A stretch of 32,000 nt of DNA from the NCBI RefSeq assembly GCF_001457595.1, contig NZ_LN831039.1, positions 6,540,001 to 6,572,000 on the forward strand. Direction: 5' to 3'. The position numbers and the translations under genes were made by a program. The notes under the pieces are model-generated. The model made no database searches and was not told the origin of the DNA. It worked only from the letters and a program-made list of their open reading frames with translations. Source of the stretch: Mycolicibacterium smegmatis (lineage in GTDB: Bacteria > Actinomycetota > Actinomycetes > Mycobacteriales > Mycobacteriaceae). Positions 22,337 through 29,546 of the stretch are shown one piece after another. Each line of letters starts with the position of its first letter. Positions within the stretch are counted from its first letter, which is position 1.

Positions 22337-22414
22337 CTCCTGACCCTAGCCCCGCTCCCCCTGCACCGCGAGGGTGCGCGTCTGCCGCCCCAATTGCGGT
22401 GTGTCGTCAGCACT

Positions 22415-22978
22415 TTACGCACGCTCACCGCTCGGCACGACGAACGCGAACGGCCGGTGGAACCCCAGACCGCGCACCCGCGCACCGCGCACCGCGTCCA
22501 CCGGCACCGCCACCACCCGCCCCGACGACGGCTCGTAGCACTGCAACCGCTCCCCCGACACCCCGACGATCAACACCCAGTGCCGCGGAATACCGCGCGC
22601 GCCGACGAGCATCGCCACCGGGCGCCCCTCGGCCGCGGCGCGCAGGACATCGGTCAGCGGATCCGACGCACCGCGGAACCGGCGCCAGCGATACCGGAAC
22701 CCGGCCGAGACGCTGTGCTCACTGAGGGCCCGCGCCATCCCCGCGGGCGTGGTGCCGAGCCGGCGTGGCCAGATCGCGTTGATGTCGGAGTGGATCCGGT
22801 CCTGCTCGGCGGCGAACCATTGGCCGCCGTGTGACCCCAGCAACTTGTCACGCTTGGCAGGGTCGAGCATCACACCGGCGACGACCGCCACCGTCGGCCC
22901 ACACGTGATTCCGTCGCGCTGACGCAGCCTCAGCGCCGCGATCCGCTCGGGCTCCACATAAATCCTGTCAGCTGTCAA
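22415..22978 (-). CDS. Hypothetical protein with a papain-fold, C39-like cysteine peptidase signature
   Basis: The ordered motif is Q20-x5-C26 (RQRDGITCGPT), then H in GIPRHWVLIVGV, then YEPSSG. This matches the Gln / Cys / His / (D/E)P layout of C39-like peptidases. No signal peptide. The start is TTG 22978 or GTG 22957. Confidence 0.45.
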   Translation of the reverse strand: MTADRIYVEPERIAALRLRQRDGITCGPTVAVVAGVMLDPAKRDKLLGSHGGQWFAAEQDRIHSDINAIWPRRLGTTPAGMARALSEHSVSAGFRYRWRRFRGASDPLTDVLRAAAEGRPVAMLVGARGIPRHWVLIVGVSGERLQCYEPSSGRVVAVPVDAVRGARVRGLGFHRPFAFVVPSGERA

Positions 22979-23020
22979 TCAATTACTGCCACCTGAAATT
23001 AAATCGCTGAACTGCAGGTT
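22966..23020 (+). promoter_or_regulatory. Candidate ECF-sigma promoter with upstream TGTCAG/TGCCAC repeat (copy 3)
   Basis: TGTCAG at 22966-22971 and TGCCAC at 22987-22992 are spaced 21 bp. GAAAT is at 22995-22999, followed by an 18-nt spacer taaatcgctgaactgcag and GTT at 23018-23020. Confidence 0.45.
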
Positions 23021-23071
23021 TACACAGGCATAACAGCGACACAGCAAGCCTAGAAGAACAGGATCACCAAA

Positions 23072-23365
23072 GTGCGAAAGACAGCGAAGAGATTCGGTGT
23101 TGCGACGGTGGCAGCCAGTGGCCTGGCGGCGACCCTGATCGGCCTCGCAGCTCCGAGCCAGGCGGCCCCCAGCGGCCCCAGCAACGCCCAGCAGACCATC
23201 AGCCAGTTGCAGAGCCAGGGCTACCACGTCATCGTCAACCGGATCGGTGCGACCCCGATCGACAAGGCCGTCGTCGTGGCCGTCCGTCCCGGCACCAACT
23301 TCACCCGCACCGACAGCCTCAACACGGGCGTCACACAGAAGACCGTCTACGTCGACGTGAAGTGA
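23072..23365 (+). CDS. Small secreted protein (97 aa) whose signal peptide resembles those of the 9800 and 11605 genes, with an unrelated mature domain
   Basis: MRKTAKRFGVATVAASGLAATLIGLAAPSQA|APSGPSNAQQTISQLQSQGYHVIVNRIGATPIDKAVVVAVRPGTNFTRTDSLNTGVTQKTVYVDVK. The start is GTG. Confidence 0.7.
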   Translation: MRKTAKRFGVATVAASGLAATLIGLAAPSQAAPSGPSNAQQTISQLQSQGYHVIVNRIGATPIDKAVVVAVRPGTNFTRTDSLNTGVTQKTVYVDVK

Positions 23366-23387
23366 ACCGCGAAGTAGACCCAGACCG

Positions 23388-23427
23388 TCAGCCCCCGTCG
23401 GATTCGTCCCCCTCCGGCGGGGGCTGA
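23388..23427 (+). terminator. Stem-loop after the small secreted-protein gene
   Basis: tcagcccccg (23388-23397) pairs perfectly with cgggggctga (23418-23427), 10 bp with a 20-nt loop. A tighter alternative, ccccc/ggggg, lies inside it. Confidence 0.45.
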
Positions 23428-24290
23428 TGCATTCCAGAATGCCTTTTCCGGACTACGCCACGGGATCGCGCCGCGCCACCGATAATGGTGCGATGGCAGT
23501 CAACATGGGGGATCTGTTCGCCGCCAACCTCGAATCCCTGCGATATCAGCCGACTGCCAAGCGAATTCGCGCGTGCCTGGGCGGTGAACCCGTGGTCGAC
23601 ACGTGCGCGGCCGTCCTCGTGTGGGAGCCGCGCCGCGTCGTCCCGACGTATGCGGTTCCGCGCGCAGCCATCTCGGCGCAACTGGTTCCCGCGGGCGGCG
23701 ACCACGGCGACGACGAGATTCCCGGCTTCCTCGATCCGTCGGTCCCGTTCACCGCGCACACCTGCTCGGGCACCGGCTTCGACGTGATCGCCGGCGGCGA
23801 GAACAGCCCGTCCGCGGCGTTCACGCCCGACGATCCCGACCTCGCCGACTACGTGATCCTCGACTTCGACTCGTTCGAATGGCGCGAGGAGGACGAACCC
23901 GTGGTGGCCCATCCGCACGACCCGTTCCACCGGATCGACATCCGGCGCAGCGCGCGCCAGGTCCGCATCGAACTCGACGGGCACCTGCTCGCCGAGTCGA
24001 CGCAACCGATGCTGTTGTTCGAGACCGGCCTCCCCACACGCTTCTATCTGCCCTACGACGATGTCGTCACGCCGCTCGAGCTGAGCCAGACCGTCACCTT
24101 CTGCGCCTACAAGGGGCGCGCGAGTTACTACTCGGTGCCCGACGGACCCGCCGACATCGCGTGGACCTATCACGAACCGCTGCACGACGCGGTTCCCGTT
24201 CGCGACCGCATCTGCTTCTTCGACGAGCGTGTCGACGTCGTGGTCGACGGGCAGCACCAGAGCCGCCCGGTCACACCGTGGAGCGATTGA
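23427..24290 (+). CDS. Tandem DUF427 domain protein
   Basis: The C-terminal half, RFYLPYDDV..TVTFCAYKGRASYYSV..IAWTYHEPL..DRICFFDERV, parallels the single-domain protein at 9179..9562. The N-terminal half is a degenerate copy. The start is uncertain, with ATG candidates at 23427, 23439, 23493 and 23505. Confidence 0.72.
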   Translation: MHSRMPFPDYATGSRRATDNGAMAVNMGDLFAANLESLRYQPTAKRIRACLGGEPVVDTCAAVLVWEPRRVVPTYAVPRAAISAQLVPAGGDHGDDEIPGFLDPSVPFTAHTCSGTGFDVIAGGENSPSAAFTPDDPDLADYVILDFDSFEWREEDEPVVAHPHDPFHRIDIRRSARQVRIELDGHLLAESTQPMLLFETGLPTRFYLPYDDVVTPLELSQTVTFCAYKGRASYYSVPDGPADIAWTYHEPLHDAVPVRDRICFFDERVDVVVDGQHQSRPVTPWSD

Positions 24291-24326
24291 CAGATCGACG
24301 CCGAACAGTAAAGGCAGGACGGCGAA

Positions 24327-24353
24327 GGAACGGGTGTTTCGATCCGTGCGGTT
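24327..24353 (+). promoter_or_regulatory. Weak candidate ECF-type promoter GGAAC-N19-GTTC upstream of the membrane operon
   Basis: GGAAC is at 24327-24331 and GTT at 24351-24353. The -10 context gtgcgGTTCtgg resembles ctgcggGTTCttt of copy 1 at 9752. The spacer is 1 nt longer than in the three small-gene promoters. Confidence 0.25.
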
Positions 24354-24371
24354 CTGGCAACATCACCCCAC

Positions 24372-26234
24372 ATGGTGGGCTCGTCGCACGTTTCGCTGGT
24401 CGCCGCCGCGGGAACCGAGGGCGGCGGTGCCGCGCTCGACCAGGTGATCGGGTTGTCCGCGGTCGCGACGGTCATCACGGTCGTGCTGCTGTGGATCGGT
24501 TATCTGCACCGGCAACGACGCATCACGTGGCTGAACACCTTCGCCGAACGCCTCGGGCGCAAGTTCCACCGCCCGCCGTGGGTGGCGCTCCAGATCTTCC
24601 TGTTCACCTCGACCATCATCTGCGCGCTGTTCGGCTTCATCTGGGACGTGAGCCTGCACATCGGTCAAGGCCGCGACGAGGGACCGCTGGCCAACCCCGC
24701 GCACTACTTCATCCTGGTCGGACTGTTCCTGCTGTTCATCGCCGGTGTCATGGCGATGGTGCTGCCCTACGACAAACCGGGTCCGGCGGCGGTCCGGATC
24801 ACCCGCACGTGGTACGCCCCCGTGGGCGGCGTGCTCATGGCGCTGTGCGGCCTGTACGCGCTGATCGGCTTCCCGCTCGACGACATCTGGCACCGCATCT
24901 TCGGCCAGGACGTGACCCTCTGGGGTCCAACACATCTGATGCTCATCGGCGGCGCGGGGTTGTCATTGATCGCGGTGCTGCTTCTCGAGCACGAGGGCCG
25001 GGTGGCGATGGCAGGCAACAGCACCCCGGGCGATATCAAGGACGACACCAGGTTCAACACCTTCCTGCGGTACCTGTCGTTCGGCGGTCTGTTCATCGGG
25101 CTCTCGGTGTTCCAGATCGAATACGACTTCGGTGTCGAGCAGTTCCGCCTGGTGCTGCAGCCCATGATGATCGCGGGTGCGGCCGCGCTGGCAGCCGTCG
25201 CGGCGCGCCTGGTGCTCGGGCCCGGCGCGGCGGTGATCGCCGCGGTGCTCGCGATCGTCCTGCGCGGTGCGGTTTCGCTGGCCGTCGGCCCGGTGCTGGG
25301 CGCCCCGCACAGCTGGTGGGCGCTGTACCTGGGCCCGGCGCTCGTGGTCGAGTTGGTGGCCCTGACACCGCTTGTCAAGCGGCCCTTGGTCTTCGGCGCG
25401 GTCAGCGGCCTCGCGGTCGCGACCGTGGGTCTGTGGCTGGAGTCGCTGTGGATCGGCGCCGTGTACACCTATCCGTGGCCGACGAGCATGTGGGGCGAGG
25501 CGCTGGCCATGTCGATCCCCGTCGCGGTCGGCATGGGTCTGTGCGGTGCGCTGCTGGCCCTGGTGCTCACCAGCAGGCGGTTGCCGCGCCCCGCCGTCGG
25601 CATCTCGATCGTGGTGGCCACCGTGCTGGCGATCGGCGGCGCGGTGGCCAACGGCCTTCGCATCGAGGTTCCCGAGAACGCCACCGCCACAATCGCACTC
25701 ACCGACGCAGCGGGCGCGGGTGAGCAGCGCATGGTCGACGCCGACGTGCGGATCACCCCGGCCGACCTCATCAGCGACGATCCCGAGTGGGTGTCGCTCC
25801 TGTCCTGGCAGGGCGGCCTGGACAATCAGCGCGGCCTGCTGGTGAACCATCTCGAACGAGTCGGCCCCGGCCACTACCGCACCACGCAGCCGATGCCGGT
25901 GTCGGGCTCGTGGAAGACGCTGCTGCGTGTACAGGACGGCACCACCATGGCGGGTGTTCCGATCTACCTGCCCGCCGATCCGGGTATCGGCGCCGAGGAG
26001 CAGCCCGCCGAGGCCGTCAGCACGCGGGAGTTCGTGCCGGAGATCACGATCCTGCAGCGCGAGCGCAACCTCGATCACCCGTCGTGGTTGTTCGGCGCGG
26101 CTTCGCTCGTGGTCCTGGTGTGCACGTTGCTCCTGATCGCCGCGTTGACGTGGGGTGCGGGCCGGGTCAACGCGCGAGAGCTGGCAGCAGGCAGCACCAC
26201 CGACGAGACCCGACCGGTTCAGCCTCAGACATGA
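24372..26234 (+). CDS. Large polytopic membrane protein (roughly 13 TM helices plus a roughly 130-aa extracytoplasmic domain), function unknown
   Basis: 620 aa with many hydrophobic segments. Notable motifs are WDVSLHIGQGRDEGPLANPAHY and DDIWHRIFGQDVTLWGPTHL. A soluble segment, VPENATATIAL..PIYLPADPG, precedes the last TM. Confidence 0.75.
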   Translation: MVGSSHVSLVAAAGTEGGGAALDQVIGLSAVATVITVVLLWIGYLHRQRRITWLNTFAERLGRKFHRPPWVALQIFLFTSTIICALFGFIWDVSLHIGQGRDEGPLANPAHYFILVGLFLLFIAGVMAMVLPYDKPGPAAVRITRTWYAPVGGVLMALCGLYALIGFPLDDIWHRIFGQDVTLWGPTHLMLIGGAGLSLIAVLLLEHEGRVAMAGNSTPGDIKDDTRFNTFLRYLSFGGLFIGLSVFQIEYDFGVEQFRLVLQPMMIAGAAALAAVAARLVLGPGAAVIAAVLAIVLRGAVSLAVGPVLGAPHSWWALYLGPALVVELVALTPLVKRPLVFGAVSGLAVATVGLWLESLWIGAVYTYPWPTSMWGEALAMSIPVAVGMGLCGALLALVLTSRRLPRPAVGISIVVATVLAIGGAVANGLRIEVPENATATIALTDAAGAGEQRMVDADVRITPADLISDDPEWVSLLSWQGGLDNQRGLLVNHLERVGPGHYRTTQPMPVSGSWKTLLRVQDGTTMAGVPIYLPADPGIGAEEQPAEAVSTREFVPEITILQRERNLDHPSWLFGAASLVVLVCTLLLIAALTWGAGRVNARELAAGSTTDETRPVQPQT

Positions 26235-26443
26235 CCGCCGAGATCATCACCTATCAGGCCGACCATCCGTTGCTGCTGGCGGTTCCCGCGTTCGCGCCGG
26301 CAATCGTGGTGGCAGGTGTGGTTGCCTACATCGCGATACGCGACCGGCGCCGTAAAGACCCACCGAAGGATCAGCCGGCCGGGACGAGAGACAGGGTTCA
26401 CAGTGAACGCGGGGGCGTTGCAAGCGAAGATGATTCACCGTGA
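26231..26443 (+). CDS. Small single-pass membrane protein (70 aa)
   Basis: Its ATG overlaps the upstream stop (ATGA at 26231-26234). MTAEIITYQADHPLLLAVPAFAPAIVVAGVVAYIAIRDRRRKD.. has one TM helix followed by a charged tail. It shares a frame with track ORF 25787..26443. Confidence 0.55.
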   Translation: MTAEIITYQADHPLLLAVPAFAPAIVVAGVVAYIAIRDRRRKDPPKDQPAGTRDRVHSERGGVASEDDSP

Positions 26444-26883
26444 TGAACCGTAAACGCAGCCTTGTCGTTGTGGCGACCGCATTGACCCTGGTGACCGCGG
26501 CATGTGGCTCGGGCGGCTCCGACGGTGGCGGGGAACAGACCTCCGCGGCGCCCGCGAGCCCCTCCGAGTTGACCGTCAGCCCGTCGGACATGACCGATCA
26601 GCAGCAGGCCCCCAGCCGGCTGGTGATCGACGTGACGATCAAGGGCGGTGAGGTGACGCCCACCAACGAGCAGTTGCAGGGCAAGGTGGGTGACCCGATC
26701 GTGGTGCGGGTCAACAGCGACGCCGCCGACGAACTGCATGTGCACTCCAACCCCGAGCACAACTTCCCCATCGAACCGCGCAGCGGCCAGCAGTTCCAGT
26801 TCACCGTCGACGTGCCGGGCACCGTCGACATCGAACTGCACCAGTTGAACCGCGTGATCGCCAGCGTGCAAGTGCAGCAGTGA
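26440..26883 (+). CDS. Lipoprotein with a cupredoxin-like beta-sandwich domain, His-rich and lacking a Cys ligand
   Basis: The signal plus lipobox region is MMNRKRSLVVVATALTLVTAAC|GSGG. The domain reads VIDVTIKGGEVTPTNEQLQGKVGDPIVVRVNSDAADELHVHSNPEHNFPIEPRSGQQFQFTVDVPGTVDIELHQ, which resembles EfeO-N / Cupredoxin_1-type domains. The start GTG 26440 or ATG 26443 overlaps the upstream stop. Confidence 0.65.
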   Translation: MMNRKRSLVVVATALTLVTAACGSGGSDGGGEQTSAAPASPSELTVSPSDMTDQQQAPSRLVIDVTIKGGEVTPTNEQLQGKVGDPIVVRVNSDAADELHVHSNPEHNFPIEPRSGQQFQFTVDVPGTVDIELHQLNRVIASVQVQQ

Positions 26884-28172
26884 CTTCGGACCGAACCGCG
26901 CTGCTGGCCCACGGCTTGGGCGGTTCGACCGACCTTCCGATCCCGTACACCTACGCGTTGCTCGGTGCGGCGTGGACGTTGACGTTCACGTTCGCCGTGG
27001 TGGCATTCGCGTGGCGTAGGCCGAGGTTCGACCCCGACAAACCGGGGCATCCGCTGCCCGAGTGGGTGACCACCTTCGTGGACTCCCCCGTCACCCGGTG
27101 GGGCGTCGGCCTGCTCGCGCTGGTGTTCACCGGGTGGGTCGGCGCCCTGTCGTTCACGGGACCCCAGGACGCGTCGAACCCGCTGCCCGGGGTGTTCTAC
27201 GTACTGCTGTGGGTGGGCCTGGTCGCGGTGTCGCTGCTGATCGGTCCGGTCTGGCGGTTGATCTCGCCGGTGCGGACGCTGATCCGGCTGATCCCCGCGA
27301 CGACAGGGCGCCTGCGGTATCCGGCGCGGCTGGGTTACTGGCCCGCCGCAGCCGGACTGTTCGCGTTCGTGTGGCTGGAGCTCGCCAGCGCCGACCCGGG
27401 ATCTCTTGCCGCCATTCGCAACTGGCTGCTCATCTACCTCGCGGTGACACTGGCCGGTGCACTGTGCTGCGGCCAGGGGTGGCTTTCGAACGCCGATCCG
27501 TTCGAGGTCTACAGCACGGCCGCGTCGAAGCTGTCGCCACTGCGCAGGCACGCCGGGCGCATCGTGGTCGGCAACCCGTTCGACCACCTGCAGTCGCTTC
27601 CGGTGCGTCCCGGGGTCGTGGCGGTTCTCGCGGTGCTGCTCGGTTCGACGGCGTTCGACAGCTTCTCGGCGATGCCGGTGTGGCGCAACTTCGTCGACGA
27701 CAACTCGGGTTCGGCGGCGGGCGCGACGTTGATCCGCACCGCCGGCCTTGCGGTGTTCGTCGCGACCGTGGCGCTCACCTTCTGGGCCGCGGCCCGCGCG
27801 ACCGGCGGCGTGGACCGGCAGCAACGTCGTGAACTCCCCGGGCAGATGGTGCACTCGTTGATCCCGATCGTCGTCGGCTACGTCTTCGCGCACTACCTGA
27901 CCTACCTCGTCGAGCGCGGCCAGCAGACCATCTTCCTGCTGTTCGGGATGCACGACGCCCAGGTCAGCTACATCCTGTCGATGCATCCGGCGGTGCTGTC
28001 GTCGCTCAAGGTCGGGTTCGTACTGGCGGGCCATGTCGCAGGCGTGATCGCCGCGCACGACCGGGCACTGCGACTGCTGCCTGCGCGCCACCGGCTCACC
28101 GGGCAGCTCGCGATGATGCTCGTGATGGTCGGCTACACCTTCACCGGCCTGTACCTGCTGTTCGGCGGTTAG
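26880..28172 (+). CDS. Polytopic membrane protein (roughly 10 TM helices), function unknown
   Basis: The GTG start overlaps the upstream stop (GTGA). The N-terminus is LLAHGLGGSTDLPIPYTYALLGAAW. A C-terminal His pair is present, GHVAGVIAAHD. Confidence 0.72.
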   Translation: MTSDRTALLAHGLGGSTDLPIPYTYALLGAAWTLTFTFAVVAFAWRRPRFDPDKPGHPLPEWVTTFVDSPVTRWGVGLLALVFTGWVGALSFTGPQDASNPLPGVFYVLLWVGLVAVSLLIGPVWRLISPVRTLIRLIPATTGRLRYPARLGYWPAAAGLFAFVWLELASADPGSLAAIRNWLLIYLAVTLAGALCCGQGWLSNADPFEVYSTAASKLSPLRRHAGRIVVGNPFDHLQSLPVRPGVVAVLAVLLGSTAFDSFSAMPVWRNFVDDNSGSAAGATLIRTAGLAVFVATVALTFWAAARATGGVDRQQRRELPGQMVHSLIPIVVGYVFAHYLTYLVERGQQTIFLLFGMHDAQVSYILSMHPAVLSSLKVGFVLAGHVAGVIAAHDRALRLLPARHRLTGQLAMMLVMVGYTFTGLYLLFGG

Positions 28173-28735
28173 AGACCGGCGGCGGTCAGCAGCGCCTCGG
28201 CCGCCGCGCGTCCCACGTCGCCGCGGCGCGCGTCGTTGAACACCATGGAACGGCTCGCGACCCCGTCGGTGAGGATCGCGAGCTGCTCGGCCAGCCCCTG
28301 CGGGTCGTCGGCGCCCAGTTCGGTGAGCAACTCGGCGATACGAAGGGTGAAGGCCTGCTTGCGTTCCCGCGTATAGGCGTGCGCGGGACTGTCAGGGTCG
28401 GGGAACTCGGTGGCCGCGGCGACGAACGGGCATCCGCGCACCGGGCCGTCACCGCGCGTCGGCACCGTGAACATCGCCAGGATGCGTTCGCGGGCAGGCA
28501 CATCGGCGTCGTACAGCGCGCTCTCGACCGTGAGACCGGACCGGTAGACGTACTGCAGGAACTCCACCACCAGGTCGTCCTTGGTCGGGAAGTGCGCGTA
28601 CAGCGTGCGTTTGGAGACCGGCGCCTTGGCGGCGATCTGCTCCATGGTGGTCGCGGTGATGCCCTGCGCCTCGAACAACGCGGCGGCCGCGGCGACGATG
28701 CGTTCCCGGCCTCCACGACCGCGCGGTTTGGTCAC
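28169..28735 (-). CDS. TetR/AcrR-family transcriptional regulator
   Basis: HTH: GITATTMEQIAAKAPVSKRTLYAHFPTKDDL. The start is GTG 28735. Its stop overlaps the convergent membrane-protein stop (TTAG at 28169-28172). Confidence 0.88.
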   Translation of the reverse strand: MTKPRGRGGRERIVAAAAALFEAQGITATTMEQIAAKAPVSKRTLYAHFPTKDDLVVEFLQYVYRSGLTVESALYDADVPARERILAMFTVPTRGDGPVRGCPFVAAATEFPDPDSPAHAYTRERKQAFTLRIAELLTELGADDPQGLAEQLAILTDGVASRSMVFNDARRGDVGRAAAEALLTAAGL

Positions 28736-28740
28736 GCCGC

Positions 28741-28810
28741 CAAGTATACGTTCACGTTTACATCCGAGAAGAACCCGCTATCGTCGCTGAGGTAAACGCA
28801 AACGTGTACT
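28741..28810. promoter_or_regulatory. Pair of 20-bp inverted repeats in the TetR / nitroreductase divergent region (candidate operators)
   Basis: aagtatacgttcacgtttac (28741-28760) matches the reverse complement of gtaaacgcaaacgtgtactt (28791-28810) at 17 of 20 positions. The two arms are separated by 30 nt. The region is AT-rich for this genome. Confidence 0.45.
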
Positions 28811-28824
28811 TGAGAGGTGTCCAC

Positions 28825-29529
28825 ATGTCCGTGCCCACCCTGCCCACCGGGCCCACTGTCGACCTGGCCCAAGCCGCCGAACGGCTGATCAAGGGCCGCC
28901 GCGCCGTCCGCGCGTTCCGGCCCGACGAGGTGCCCGAGGAGACCATGCGCGCGGTGTTCGAACTCGCGGGCCACGCGCCGTCGAACTCCAACACACAGCC
29001 GTGGCACGTCGAGGTGGTCAGCGGCGCGGCGCGCGACCGCCTCGCCGAGGCACTGGTCACCGCGCACGCCGAGGAGCGCGTGACGGTGGATTTCCCGTAC
29101 CGCGAGGGCCTCTTCCAGGGTGTGCTGCAGGAGCGGCGCGCCGATTTCGGTTCCCGCCTGTACGCGGCGCTGGGTATCGCGCGCGGCCAGACCGATCTGT
29201 TGCAGGGCTACAACACCGAGAGTCTGCGGTTCTACGGCGCACCGCACGTCGCGATGTTGTTCGCGCCCAACAACACCGAAGCGCGCATCGCGGGCGACAT
29301 GGGGATCTACGCGCAGACGCTGATGCTCGCCATGACCGCGCACGGCATCGCGTCGTGCCCGCAGGCGCTGTTGAGCTTCTACGCCGACACCGTGCGTGCC
29401 GAACTCGGTGTCGAGAACCGAAAATTGCTGATGGGCATCTCGTTCGGCTATGCCGACGACACCGCGGCCGTCAACGGCGTGAGGATCCCGCGGGCAGGCC
29501 TCGCGGAGACCACACGCTTTTCCCGCTGA
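28825..29529 (+). CDS. Nitroreductase-family (FMN-dependent) oxidoreductase
   Basis: RRAVRAFRPDEVPEETMRAVFELAGHAPSNSNTQPWHVEVV is the classic nitroreductase N-terminal block. I place the start at ATG 28825, preceded by SD gagagg; the track ORF starts at GTG 28804. Confidence 0.88.
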   Translation: MSVPTLPTGPTVDLAQAAERLIKGRRAVRAFRPDEVPEETMRAVFELAGHAPSNSNTQPWHVEVVSGAARDRLAEALVTAHAEERVTVDFPYREGLFQGVLQERRADFGSRLYAALGIARGQTDLLQGYNTESLRFYGAPHVAMLFAPNNTEARIAGDMGIYAQTLMLAMTAHGIASCPQALLSFYADTVRAELGVENRKLLMGISFGYADDTAAVNGVRIPRAGLAETTRFSR

Positions 29530-29546
29530 CCCGTTACCGTCGAGGC

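Noticed and set aside
21407-22834. 475-aa plus-strand ORF; also shadows 5219..6481 (-), 10213..11526 (+), 12041..13069 (+), 15247..16197 (-) and 20604..21497 (-)
   Set aside because: All are Arg/Gly/Pro-rich with no recognisable domains. Each is opposite to, or frame-shifted from, a gene with strong family signatures.
23603-25723. 706-aa plus-strand ORF; also minus-strand ORFs 24963..26078, 26598..28091, 24363..24935 and 24767..25468
   Set aside because: These are out-of-frame or antisense to the DUF427 gene and the membrane-operon genes. They are Arg/Pro/Gly-rich and lack hydrophobic helices or motifs. The chosen frames give coherent TM proteins with overlapping start/stop coupling.
28818-28830. 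TGTCC-aca-TGTCC at the nitroreductase start as a third site for the GGACA/TGTCC-binding TetR
   Set aside because: The two pentamers are direct, not inverted, and the site overlaps a start codon. It is most likely chance.
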